Shown one piece after another: positions 1 through 16,097 of a stretch of DNA of 64,000 nt (position 1 is its first letter; each line of letters begins with the position of its first letter). The stretch comes from the human T2T-CHM13v2.0 reference genome, Homo sapiens. Both the position numbers and the translations under genes were made by a program. The notes below the pieces were generated by a model, which did not search any database, had not been told where the DNA came from, and saw nothing but the letters and a program-made list of their open reading frames with translations. The DNA is taken from assembly GCF_009914755.1 (NCBI RefSeq), contig NC_060927.1; one strand, 5' to 3'.

Positions 1-76
1 CTCGCTCATTTCTAGCACAGCAGTCCGAGATCGAACTGCAAGGCAGCAGCGAGGCTGGGGGAGGGACGTCCGCCAT
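1..76 (-). CDS. L1 antisense ORF0, N-terminal part (runs off the window)
   Basis: Minus-strand ATG at 76 translates as MADVPPPASLLPCSSISDCCARNER, matching the primate L1 ORF0 start MAGAPPPASLPPCSLISDCCASNQR. Open to the window edge. Confidence 0.8.
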   Translation of the reverse strand, partial: MADVPPPASLLPCSSISDCCARNER

Positions 77-404
77 TACTGAGTTAGTTGTTTGACTAGG
101 TAAACAAAGCAGCTGGGAAGCTTGAACTGGGTGGAGCCCACCACAGTTCAAGGAGGCCTGCCTGCCTCTGTAGGCTCCACCTCTGGGGGCAGGGCACAGA
201 CAAACAAAAAGACAGCAGTAACCTCTGCAGAATTAAATGTCCCTCTCTGACAGCTTTGAAGAGAGTAGTGGTTCTCCCAGCATGCAGCTTGAGATCTGAG
301 AACGGGAAGACTGCCTCCTCAAGTGGGTCCCTGACCCCCGAGTAGCCTAACTGGGAGGCACCCCTAGTAGGGGCGGACTGACACGTCACATGGCCGGGTA
401 CTCC

Positions 405-532
405 TCTCAGACAAAACTTCCAGAGGAACGATCAGGCAGCAGCATCTGCGGTTCACCAATATCCGCTGTTCTGCAGCCACTGCTGCTGAAACCCAGGCAA
501 ACAGGGTATGGGGTGGACCTCTAGCAAACTCC
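405..532 (+). promoter_or_regulatory. L1 5'UTR ~129-bp segment containing the ZNF93 binding site
   Basis: Lies between ACTCC at 400-404 and ACTCC at 528-532. L1PA2/L1HS read GGGTACTCCAACAGACC, i.e. they lack this block. Confidence 0.75.
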
Positions 533-657
533 AACAGACCTGCAGCTGAGGGTCCTGTCTGTTAGAAGGAAAACTAACAAACAGAAAGGACATCCACACC
601 AAAAACCCATCTGTACGTCACCATCATCAAAGACCAAAGGCAGATAAAACCACAAAG

Positions 658-1675
658 ATGGGAAAAAAACAGAGCAGAAAAACTGGAAACTCTAAAAATC
701 AGAGCACCTCTCCTCCTCCAAAGGAACGCAGCTCCTCACCAGCAACAGAACAAAGCTGGACAGAGAATGACTTTGACAAGTTGAGAGAAGAAGGCTTCAG
801 ACGATCAAACTACTCCAAGCTACAGGAGGAAATTCGAACCAATGGCCAAGAAGTTAAAAGCTTTGAAAAAAAAATTAGACGAATGTATAACTAGAATAAT
901 CAATGCAGAGGAGTCCTTAAAGGACCTGATGGAGCTGAAAACCAAGGCACGAGAGCTACGTGAGGAATGCAGAAGCCTCAGGAGCCGATGCGATCAACTG
1001 GAAGAAAGGGTATCAGTGATGGAAGACGAAATGAATGAAATGAAGCGAGAAGAGAAGATTAGAGAAAAAAGAATAAAAACAAATGAACAAAGCCTCCAAG
1101 AAATATGGGACTATGTGAAAAGACCAAATCTACATCTGATTGGTGTACCTGAAAGTGACAGGGAGAATGGAACCAAGTTGGAAAACACTCTGCAGGATAT
1201 TATCCAGGAGAACTTCCCCAATCTAGCATGGCAGGCCAACATTCAGATTCAGGAAATACAGAGAACGCCACAAAGATACTCCCCTAGAAGAGCAACTCCA
1301 AGACACATAATTGTCAGATTCACCAAAGTTGAAATGAAGGAAAAAATGTGAAGGGCAGCCAGAGAGAAAGGTCAGGTTACCCACAAAGGGAAGCCCATCA
1401 GAATAACAGCAGATCTCTCGGCAGAAACTCTACAAGCCAGAAGAGAGTGGGGACCAATATTCAACATTCTTAAAGAAAAAAATTTTCAACCCAGAATCTC
1501 ATATCCAGCCAAACTAAGCTTCATAAGTGAAGGAGAAATAAAATACTTTACAGACAAGCAAATGCTGAGAGATTTTGTCACCACCAGGCCTGCCCTAAAA
1601 GAGCTCCTGAAGGAAGCACTAAACATGGAAAGGAACAACCATTACCAGCCACTGCAAGAACATGTCAAATTGTAA
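658..1675 (+). pseudogene. L1 ORF1p, disrupted
   Basis: ORF track pieces 658-894 and 842-1351. Extra A in the run at 866-874, premature TGA at 1349-1351, natural stop TAA at 1673-1675. Confidence 0.93.
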
Positions 1676-1723
1676 AGACCATCAAGGCTAGGAAGAAACT
1701 GCATCAACTAACAAGCAAAATAA

Positions 1724-5567
<3,844 letters not shown>

Positions 5568-6144
5568 ACAATGAGAACACATGAACAGAGGAAGGGGAAC
5601 ATCACACACCGGGGACTGTTGTGGGGTGGGGGCAGTGGGGAGGCATAGCATTAGGAGATATACCTAACGTAAATGACGAGTTAATGGGTGCAGCACACCA
5701 ACATGGCACATGTATACATATGTAACACACCTGCACATTGTGCACGTGTACCCTAAAACTTAAAGTATAATCATAATAAAATTTAAAAATAAATAAATGA
5801 AAATAAATAAACTCATGGACTCTGAAGCCAAAAAATACATAAATAAAAATTTAAAAAGCCAGATTAATACAGAAAGAGAATTGAGAAATCGGTCACTTAG
5901 GTTATAGTAAGTAGGTACTCTAAGGTTGAACAAAATAAGATCATTGTTGCAGAACAGTTTGTAAAGGAATAAAATGAAGCTTTTTGCAGTGTGAGAGGGT
6001 TGGTATTTTGGTAAACAAGGGCAGGTGACTTGTGGAGAGTGAGGGAGAGAATTTTCAAGAAAGGAGTTAACTGTTCAGTAGCCTTTTTTCATTTTTCCCT
6101 ATATTTTATATCTGAATGCCTCAAATTTAAAAATGTCGCTTTGG

Positions 6145-6420
6145 CTTTTATTGAGATAAAATTCGTATAATGTAAAATTCATCATTTTAAAGTATCACAC
6201 TCAGTGGTTTTCAGTATATTCACCATGCCATGCAAACATCTCCATGATCTAATTCCAGAACATTTTCATCACTTCAAGAAGAAATCAGCTCATACCCATT
6301 AAGCAGTCACTCCCCATTCCTCACTCCCCACAGACCCTGGTACTCACTAATCTACCTTCTGTCTCTATAGATTTACCTATTCTAAACATTTTATATAAGT
6401 GGAATCATGTAATAGGAGGC
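6145..6420 (-). mobile_element. Old L1M (L1MB-like) 3' end fragment
   Basis: TTTATTGAGATAAAATTC...CATTTTAAAGT...CCCATTAAGCAGTCACTCCCCATTCC...CTAATCTACCTTCTGTCTCTATAGATTT is typical antisense L1MB 3'UTR. Confidence 0.75.
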
Positions 6421-6697
6421 CTTTACCTGCCTGAATTAGCCCAATTTTGTTGCTAATAAAAAATTCTGTCTAGAAAGATCTCTATATTAATAAGTTCTAA
6501 AAGTCAAATGTGCATTGTGCTGGTAATAAAACTAGGAGGAGCTAGTATGCTGGGCAGGTTTACAAGGTTTGTTTTATTCCATCCACACAACATCTTCTGC
6601 AATAACATGACACATATTTTCAAATAAGAATCAGAAACTATGAAAGGTTATACAATTAGCAGAAAAAAAACTTTTAACCTAACAACACTAATATTTT

Positions 6698-6904
6698 AGC
6701 CTAGGCAACACAGTGAGACCCTGTCTCTACAAAAAATACTAACAATTAACTGGACATGGTGGTACGCACCTGTGGTCCCAGCTACAAGGAAGGCTGAGGT
6801 GGGACGATCGCTTGAGCCCAGGGGTGTAGGCTGCAGTGAACTATGATGGCACCACTGCATTCCAGCTTGGGTAACAGAGTGAGATCCTGTGTCAAAAAAA
6901 GAAA
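6698..6904 (+). mobile_element. 5'-truncated AluJ
   Basis: End of left arm, A-linker, right arm and A-tail. TSD ACTAATATTT at 6687-6696 and 6905-6914. Confidence 0.88.
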
Positions 6905-7987
6905 ACTAATATTTAAATATTATATGTTTCAATATTTCGAACATTTTGGATTGAAAAATACAGTTCTTTCATTGTCTCCAAATTTTTTCATATGAATACT
7001 AATAGAAGCATAATTTGATTGCATCTATTTTCCATATTATTCTAAGACAAAAGTATATTTGCTTTACTATCAAATTTAGAGATGTCTACTGACACAGCTT
7101 TTTTCCTTTAAAGTTAGCAACAACTGTTATCTAATCAAAGTTACTACTGTACCATAAATGTGTTTTATATTTTAAAGATTTATAAATTAGTAGAAGATAA
7201 ATGTGATCCCTAAGAACACTACCTTTTTGTTTGCTTGTTCTTCAGGCTTCATGGTAGGAAAATTATCCCCTGGCTGCCTACTGATCTGTCAATATCATTG
7301 ATTCATTTGAGGATTAAGGAAAGCTGAAGATGTTTATTTCAGGAAACCCTACATTCCTAGCAACTTGTTTTCTGTGACCATTAGCAATTTTAGAGAATAT
7401 ATGTTTACTTAAATTTATTTTAATAGCTATTAAACTGCTAAAAATAGTAAGAGCACTATAAATCACTGTTAAAATGTTTATTTATTTCCACTTTTTATAC
7501 TTGCATTCAATAGTGATTTAGCATGAGATCTTTTCTTACAACAATAAAAGGTTCTCTTTTTGCAGATCTATCTTTTGCGTATCATATGGGTTTTCAACCA
7601 TAACAGGCAACTGAATTAAGTAAAGTAAATAACTTAGAGAACTTTATATCAGACATTCTAGATGTATATATAGATCTCATGCATTGTTTTCTATCTGACA
7701 AAGAGTGAACAAGATAATAAATACACTAGCTTTTTCAAAGTCTATGCAAATGTGAATCAGAAAAGAAACAACCATTGAGAAGGCCCAAATCTTTACTCTC
7801 AAAATATAAAGTGTTTTGTTGCATTTCCTCAATGACTGGGTTCTCATCTTGCAATGTGCATATTTTAAATTCAAATCAACCAACTAAACTTGTAAGAAAA
7901 TAGAAAAATAGATAGGGGTGCTTTATAAACCTCTTAGAAGTTATGAGGACATCGAAATATTTTGCAAACAGTAATTCAAGCACTGCA

Positions 7988-8131
7988 TAAAATCCACTTC
8001 TTAGACGTGAGATATTTCTTTTTTATATTTCAATCTCTCCATCAGTAAAATGTAATCATTAAAATCCACTTCTTAGAAGTGAGATATTTCTTTTTTATAT
8101 TTCAATCTCTCCATCAGTAAAATGTAATCAT
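7988..8131. repeat. 72-bp tandem duplication (2 copies, 1 mismatch)
   Basis: TAAAATCCACTTCTTAGA(C/A)GTGAGATATTTC...AAAATGTAATCAT at 7988-8059 and 8060-8131. Confidence 0.95.
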
Positions 8132-10019
8132 AACAACTCTGTCTTAACTCATCTTTCAGGTGCCATTGAAAAGAAAAAGTTTCAGTAAAACGAAGCTTTG
8201 TCATCATCATGGTAGTTATAATTATTATAAATCATAGATATTTTGTTATCTTTGCCCCCTCATTTTTTACTATATTTTGTTTCCCCAAAAAAAAGAAGAA
8301 AAAAATGAACCTATTTTTATGAGAAAAATGTTTATTATAAATACTTATATTTATTTTGAATAATGGCAGGTCTGATCTAGACTTGGCTGGTTGTTTCCTT
8401 GCTTTTAATATTCCTGCTTACAATTTAAGTTCTCTACTTTTGTTGATTACATGAAACATGTAAATTTATGTTGATTTTTCCATTCACATTAAATGGAAAT
8501 CTGCCAATTACCATCCTAACTCAGGTAAAATTCTTAGTTTTATTCTCTTTTTTATCAACAAAATCTATATTAGTTATAAATTTGCCCTCCTCGCTTTCAT
8601 CTCCTCAATAAACTTTCTGCTAGTAGGATTGATTTGGAGCTTTTACTTTTTAATTCAACAAAAACCCTGTAGTTGGGTTACCTGGAGGTAATGGAATATA
8701 AATTCTTTAGAAATGTAATTAATTTTATTGATTTCAATAAGTTAGTGAGATGAATCAAAGGTTAGCAAAATATTTTCGGGTACATGCCTAGTGACTGTTT
8801 TATCAGCCAAAAAAGAACCTTATTTTCCTTTTTATGTCACCTTTTTTGAAACATTATGTGACTACTTTAAAAGTACAATTTAAAAAATCAGAAAGCCAAA
8901 TTTCAGAGCTTATTTTAGGAAAAACATGTGGTGATATGATGCACATGAGCAGATAATTACTTCCCACATTCTGCTTGACAACAAAACTTGGAGTCGTGAT
9001 CATCAGCAAACGTCATTGAAAATTTGATATTCAGGTCATAAATATAAGAATGATGAAATATATAGAGGGGAAAGAATATTAGATTAGAATATTTCTAAGG
9101 TTTAAAGGCATTTGGATACATTTTGATCTTAAATTGCCATCTTTATTCATAATAGCAAAATAACAGAATTTCAGTTTGTGAGAAGATGGAACCATAATAG
9201 AAGTAAAAATTGCTAAGTCAATTTTCAGCAGCCAATCTCATTCAGTTATGTTATTATTCTCCTTCAGAGAGAAAAGAATAACTTTCCATAACTGCTTCAC
9301 TTGCACAGTTTCAATCTACAAACTCTCCTTAAATTATTGCCATTGCATCTTATTATTAAATTTCATTTTTAACAATAGGATGTTAAACTTGTATAGAACT
9401 TAATAAATTTAAGTGCAATTTGACATCTAGTTATTTCAGAGAATCACTATCATGAAGATGAACTTAGTTGCAACATTGGTAATCACATTTTCAAATGATA
9501 ATTATACAATTATGGACTTTGTTGAATCTAGCAAACCATGGCCCAGAACTCAACTGAATAGAAGGGGCCAGGGTCTCAACTGTAGTTGGAGATGGGATCA
9601 ATGCAAAAGACATAGGCAAGTTGTGTAAGCAGAATAAGAAAATCAGAGCATGAAGTGAAGGCTAGCAGAAGAGTGGCCAGGCAATCAATGGAGTATCATG
9701 GGAATCCAGTTGTAACAGTAGGGTGTTCCTACAACAGAAAATCTACCACAATATGAAGAAGCTATCTGAAAAGACTTAGGCAGACAGCACCCACCTAGAG
9801 ATGTATTTGAGTACAGTGACACAATCATGGTACCAAGATTTTGGGAAACCAAATTACTCCATCCCAAGCGACAGAAACTGCAAGAGGAACTATGATGCCC
9901 TGAAAACAGAAAATTTACACATGATGACTGAGTTTCTAGAGATGGAATGTAAGGTCTTTCGGTGCATTTGCTATAATAGTTTTTAATGGTCTTTCTGTCT
10001 GCAGTGTTCTTTTCTTCAA

Positions 10020-10380
10020 ATACAACCTCTTTGTTGCAGAGAGGGATCATTCTCAAATGCAAATTTGATTATCTGAAAGTCCTCAATGGTTCCTCAGGAA
10101 CTTGTACCCTCTGGATAAAGCTCATACTCTTTAAAATGGTATTTAATAACCTTTAAAAACTAGATTCTGCCTACTTTTCTCATTTTCTATCTTCTGTCCT
10201 AAAGCAACATGCTTTTTATTTAACTAACAAATATTTATTAAACACTCACTGTAAACACTGATAGAATCTGAGAATATAAAGATAAATATGGTGTCAGAGT
10301 TCTAGAAGCTTACAGCGAGGTGAGCAGAGGGATGCTTTAAATATAACTAAACCACTAGAATTCAATATGATGATTGGTAT
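10020..10380. mobile_element. L2 fragments (opposite orientations)
   Basis: GATCATTCTCAAATGCAAATTTGAT...CAATGGTTCC (L2 sense-like) and AACAAATATTTATTAAACAC...GAAGCTTACAG (L2 3' end, antisense). Confidence 0.55.
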
Positions 10381-11139
10381 TGTTGTCAATAGATAATGCT
10401 CTAAAGAAAGCATAATTATGGCTCACACAAATAAAAAATGAACACGTGTGAAAGATTCAAACGTTGTATTTATCTCATTAATTAATGAGAGAACCAATAA
10501 GATGATACAGCTGATTCAACAGAGAATTCAGAGAGCAGAAACAGATTTTTGAAATGGATTTGCAAATAAATGAAAATAACTCTATCCAATGGTCAATAAT
10601 TGCATTCCACCAGATGCAATTAGTTTGCATTTCTATGGACACAAATCATTTGCGTGATTATGTTTTGTGCATTTTCTAGAGTTGTAAAATAGTTCAGAGA
10701 TAATACAAAAGGGCGATAACCTTGATGGATGACCTAGACAGGACACAAAATAATGTGCTCTTGCCCATTTCAAAGCCTTCCACAATTTTCCTGATAAAGC
10801 TGAAGCACATAAAAGGATGGTGGTCATAGAGATTATGCGCCTAGAGTTGGAAGATTAATGAGGAAAGCTTCATTTGATGCCTAGATTGTGGTCATGAATG
10901 GAATTTTTCCAGGTCATTTTGAGAATAATGAACATGCATTCTGCTGGTGAGAATAAAAAAGAGGTAAGGATGGCTTCAAAGCGGTACAATTAATGGGTCT
11001 CAAAGATCTTTCCTTACAAGAACTGTGGGAATAAAGTTCACAAGCTTCCTCAGTCTTTTCAGGATTCTAAATAAACCATTGATGAAGGGATTCCTCCAGA
11101 ATGGTTGGAGGCAAGAGCAGTCAATGACCCTTTCTTCTT

Positions 11140-11323
11140 AGGTGGCTCTCAAGTGTGGTCCAGAAACAGCAGTACAGCATCACCTGAGAAACTGCTAAAG
11201 GTGCAAATCTGGGGGCCTGAACCCAGAACTACTGAATCAGAAATTCTGAGGGTATGCCCAGAAATCTGTGTTCTAACAAGCCTGCCAGGTGATTCTGATG
11301 CTCCTTTGAGTTTGATAACAACT
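11140..11323. mobile_element. MER5A-type hAT-Charlie DNA transposon
   Basis: GTGGCTCTCAAGTGTGGTCC...CAGCATCACCTGAGAA...ACTGAATCAGAAATTCTG...TAACAAGCCTGCCAGGTGATTCTGATGC...TTTGATAACAACTG, ~185 bp. Confidence 0.85.
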
Positions 11324-11902
11324 GTCTTAGAGGAGCAGGTACCTGAAAACCTGCAGAAAGATACTACCTTGCAGACCCAAACCTCGGTTACAGGAAGAAA
11401 ATCTTTCCACATTTATATAACAAGAATAATATATATTCCTGTTTTTATATTATTATATTCTTGTTATATAATTGTGGGAGAAAATGTGTGTACACACGCC
11501 AACACACAAAAGAATAAGTTAAAGCTCATTCTTCTGATTTTAGTAAATTATTTATCTGCATATCTATTCTTTCACTGCTTCCTAAACTGTCTGGCCACAG
11601 GTACAGTATCTTTTCTGAATTTCCAGGAAGGGTTTATGGTAGAAATAATATGACAAGTATTTGCTGAGTGACTGACCAGATAACTTCACAAGGCAAAAAA
11701 TCTGGTGGCAAAATGCAGGTTGAAGACCATTGTCAGACGAGTAGGAAGACTAATATAAATACCAGTATAGAATGCCTCGAGTTCTCCAAGTCAAAAGATC
11801 AGTTTAGTTTCAAGTAAGAGAATTCCACTTATGTGGGTAGGAGCAAGGATACTGGAGACTGGTTCCCCCTGCAAAGGACAGTGTGAAACAATAACATGTA
11901 TG

Positions 11903-11994
11903 TTTTCAGTGTATAACACAATATTAGTTAATAATACCAACTAAGTATTAACTAATTATTAGTTATTAACTAATATTGTATTGTACACTGAAAA
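11903..11994. repeat. 32-bp inverted repeat (30/32 match, 28-nt spacer)
   Basis: TTTTCAGTGTATAACACAATATTAGTTAATAA (11903-11934) pairs with TTATTAACTAATATTGTATTGTACACTGAAAA (11963-11994). Confidence 0.92.
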
Positions 11995-12160
11995 TTTGCT
12001 AGGAAGGTAGGATTTAGGTGATCTTACCACATACACAAATAGAAAAGGTAACTATGTAAGGTGATGGGTATGTTAATTTGCTTCACTATAAGTAATCATT
12101 TCACTATATATATCAAAATAGTAAGTTGTAAAGCTTAAATATACACAATAAAATTTTTAA
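11960..12160 (+). mobile_element. Old L1MA-type 3' end fragment
   Basis: TGTATTGTACACTGAAAATTTGCTAG...GGTAACTATGTAAGGTGATGGGTATGTTAATT...TTAAATATACACAAT. Confidence 0.75.
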
Positions 12161-13139
12161 TTGAAATTGCATTAAAATTAAATGTTATTACAAAGTAGAG
12201 CCTGTATCAGAATAAAATTGTAATAAAAAAGAGGCACGATCCAAAAAAAATTGCTGAAGGTAATCTACGTCAGAAAGCAATCTTAAGGAAGTGAAATGGG
12301 AAGTGAAAGACAGAGGAAAGTGAAAGAGAGAAGAAGAAAAACTCTTGAGCTGACTTTGCCTCTTGAGTGGACAACTGAAGTTGAATCCTGCCAGTGCCCT
12401 TGAGGAACCCATAGAATATATTTCTGAATTGTCCACCATAGGGCTGGATGAGGAAGCTATTATCCATGTGCTCTCATTCCTTTTTGTCAAGTGTTACTTC
12501 ATGGGATATAAGCTTCCTAAAAATATCGGGGTGTGTTTGTGCATGCAGTAGTTACCTTCATTGCCTAAAAAAAACCACCTTCGGACAGAAAGCCAGAAGT
12601 ACTGAGGCAAGGGGCTGTCAGGTTACACCACAGGTAGCTGGTTGCAGAAGGAATGGCTGGAATAAAAGAAGTGGCATAAGAAGTGTTTTAGATATAGGTA
12701 TTTCATTCTAGATTAGAAATTTCCAAAGTTAGGAAGGCCATCCCACTTTCTCTACTCCCAGGAAGAAAACATTTGTTCCATCCCAGAAAGAACACTTTGA
12801 CATAACAGGAGACCCCATATATACCTTCAAGAGTTGCAGAGCGGTAGAGGGTAAAAAGGTGGTATTAGGGCTAATGGTCTCAGTGAATGAACATGAATTC
12901 TAGAATCCATGGCCTAAGCATCCCATCTTTGCCACTCATCAGTTCTATATACTTCAGAAAGTTTTATTTCCTCAGTCCTTAGATTGTTTATATTAAGTTG
13001 CAGTAATAATCTATTTATCTGTCTCAAAAACCTGCTGGGAAATGGAGACACTATAATGTTTTTAAAAATGTAAAATATTAACAGCCAGACTAACATAATA
13101 GCTAATATTATTAAGAATATATTATATGCCAATTACTGT

Positions 13140-13325
13140 CAGTGTTTTATAATCTTCAAAACCGCACTTTGAGAAGGTTCTTTTAATTCCATTTTATATA
13201 TGAGGAAACTGAGGCACAATAAAGTCAGGTAAAATACACACACACACACACACACACACACGCACCCCTCTAGTAAGTGATCAAGCAGATATTTAAACAA
13301 AGCTGTCAAGCTCCAAAGCAGAGTG
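13140..13325 (-). mobile_element. MIR with internal (CA)n at 13236-13261
   Basis: MIR core CCATTTTATATATGAGGAAACTGAGGCACA and CTCCAAAGC end. Confidence 0.75.
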
Positions 13326-14469
13326 TTTTGTAGCAATTTCTTTCCTTTTTCTTTTCTTTAACACTATCAGTTTGTGTGACAAATGATTAACATAAAACAA
13401 GGCTGCAAGAGGAGGCAGAATGGTGATGATCACCTGCTTCAAAGGAGTTCATCGCTACTGCAAGTCTCTCTGTACACGCTTTTTATAGGAAACTAGCTTG
13501 AGATGACAAGAAGAGATGCTGTGGTAAAAATCGTTGCTCTGTAGGGTCTACTATTTAGGGAGAAATCATATGATTATAGTATGTCTGGATCTGCCCAATT
13601 TCTTTAAGCCCAAGTGTCACAGCACCACCGCCATCCACAGCAGGCTGCCCCACTCTGTTCCTGTCTGTAGTCCTTTGCTACTTGCTTTTCTATGCCTCCT
13701 GAGCATCCTGATATTCCTCAGTTGTCCTTATGGCTGAATTCATTTTTTTCTCTCCCCATTTTTGGTCTTCACCTTTCAAACCAAAACCTTGATAGTACTT
13801 TCTAACCTTCTTTATATAATTTTGAAAATATTTTTGTGCTTCAGATTCCCCTTTGGCCTCATAACTTTATACTGAATAAATACCTCACCGATTCTAGGAC
13901 CGTCAGTCTCCTTGTTGGGAAAGAGGTGTGTCTTACTGGGTTGGTCCCTTGGATGAGATCTGAATTTGATGGAGAAAATAGATTCTGACATCACACATTT
14001 CTTCTTGAGATATAGCCTGCTGCTTTAGATAATTTTCATCAAAATGTAGAGCAATAGACTCTGTTAACCAGTTAACAGAATCAGATGAACCCCCATCAAA
14101 TGTCCTTAGAATTTATACCATTGCATCTAAGAATGAGGTTTCTTTTTCCCATCCTCAAAAGGATCATTTAAGAAACTCTGGCCTGGAAATGTGATAAACA
14201 CTGTCTCTACTTGTGGTGCCTAGTGGTGACAATGGTAACATGGACTGTCAAACTGGGAGTCACAACATTTCACACCACCCATAATCTCTCTTTGAAAAGA
14301 AGGAACAGGCTAAGCGACATGGAGGTAGTGTTTCCTCTCAGCCATCAGTGTGGTTTTCTAGAGTGGCAGCCATGACCAACAGATGTTAAAGACCTTGCTT
14401 TTCTGCCCTTCCTCCTGCCTTCACTGTATTACAGGCTTGATCAAATGAGTCAATGTATTTAGGATAATG

Positions 14470-15260
14470 AAAGCCAGGTTTCTCAATGTTAGTGAAGCGT
14501 GTTACAGATAAGAAAAGAGACTACAATATACCCGGGGTGGTGCTGGCTTGGGATTGAATTAACACAAAGTTTATAATTAATAAAGATATTTACTAGCTCT
14601 GTTGCTGAGTGGATCTAGAAGCAATGATACACTGTTAGCAACGAGTATACCTAGTGCCAGGACTCCTTGGATAAAAGGCTGCTTCCCAGGGTAAGGCAGC
14701 ATATGTAAAAGATGAACCTGGAGACATTCTGTCAAGCCAGTGCATGCTAAAAACAAATGAGCACATGGCAAAAACACATCAGAGCTATAGTGAAGTGTTT
14801 CCCACTAGCCAAATCTAAAATAATTTGAAAATCAAAATAAATGAAATTACTAATGGATTATAACCCACCAAATAAGATAAAAATCCATGAGCCCATACTG
14901 ATATAAATAATTAATAAGGGACAACTCTTCCTTTCAGAAGACTGCTGACTAATAAATATGGATGAAATGATGGAGTTAGGAAATCATAAGTGAGTGCCAA
15001 AACTAGTGGGTGAACATTTGATGTTAAGGGAAAGTGCTTGTCCTTCCTTAGGGAATGCACACTGAAGTATTCAGAAGTAAAGAGGTTACAAGTATCCTAG
15101 TCAATTTCAAATGTTTCAGAGACCAAATGAGAGCCAGAGAGAGGGAAAATATAAGAAATTTCTGAAGCAATGTCAAGGGTATACATGATTTTTTATACTA
15201 TCTTAAAATTTTTTATAATTTTAAATTTTATCAACTTAATAGTCATAAACAATAAAAATT
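14470..15260 (+). mobile_element. Old L1MC/L1MD-type 3'UTR fragments
   Basis: CTAGAAGCAATGATAC, CCCACTAGCCAAATCT, AAAATCCATGAGCCCATACTGATATAAATAA and ACACTGAAGTATTCAG motifs. Confidence 0.65.
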
Positions 15261-15472
15261 CCACCCATTAAAAAAATAACTCCCTGTGAAAGAAGAAAAA
15301 TTACGCGACTTTGAAATGGAAAGAACTTGGTAATGCTAAAGCAGACAAACTAGAAACTAACATTTCCTTATTACAAATGTAACATAACCCATTGCAGCAT
15401 AGCTATGACCAAAAGGACTATTTTAAACTAAAAGTAGGGAGCAGATCCTGAACTTCAAAACTCTGTCTTCAA

Positions 15473-15618
15473 GTCCGGGTGTGGTGGTGCACACCTGTAG
15501 TCCCAGCTACTCGGTAGACTGAGGCAGGAGGATCCTTTGAGCCTGGGAGGTCAAGGCGGTAGTAAGCTATGATTTCACCACTGCATTCCAGCCTGGAACC
15601 TTGTCTCAAAAACAAACA
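15473..15618 (+). mobile_element. Free right Alu monomer (FRAM/AluJ right arm)
   Basis: Single Alu arm with A-rich tail. Degenerate TSD AAAACTCTGTCTTCAA (15457-15472) / AAAATTCTGCCTTCAA (15619-15634). Confidence 0.85.
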
Positions 15619-16097
15619 AAAATTCTGCCTTCAAATTTGCAACTGCCCAGGAAAACAGAAGTCCTTTAAAAGCAGTTGTTTTTCTCAGTTTGGAAAAGTC
15701 CCTAGTACTCAATATTTCCATTGAGATAAACACTAGGTAAAACCAAAGCAGTATGTAGCAGTAATTTTGGGGAAGGCCTTATATCTGCCTTGAGTGAGTA
15801 GGTCACTCACTTGAACGTAGCTGAAGGACTTGAGTCAGTCCTGAAGGTAGGTCAGATGTGTGATGAGGGACATGGCCAGCAGGCCCCTTCCACAAGTAAA
15901 AGCTTTGGTGCCAGAATTCTTCTCTTCATATCTTAGGGTCTTTAAAATTTTGTAATAATTGGCATCCTTTTTTGTTTAAAGTGAAAGAGGGCTAAGAGTA
16001 CTGAGCGTTACCTACTATAGGCACACACAAATGCATTGATTCATTTAATCCTCACAAGATAAAGAAATTGGGATTCTGGGGTATTGTGTGACTTTCT

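Noticed and set aside
96-389. 97-aa antisense ORF as ORF0
   Set aside because: The real ORF0 starts at 76. This ORF is an incidental frame in the L1 5'UTR.
8660-8710. Micro-exon or recursive splice site (CCTGTAG|TTGGGTTACCTGGAG|GTAATG; minus strand CTCCAG|GTAACC)
   Set aside because: Weak pyrimidine tracts. Such motifs are expected by chance in 64 kb.
9685-10062. 125-aa minus-strand ORF
   Set aside because: No recognisable domain, a non-ATG start and overlap with an L2 fragment.
11105-11653. 182-aa ORF
   Set aside because: Runs through MER5A and low-complexity AT-rich DNA, starts at TTG, and has no protein-like signature.
14205-14235. CTCF-like motif GTGGTGCCTAGTGGTG
   Set aside because: Matches only the CCTAGTGG half; the core GCC(A/C)CC part is missing.
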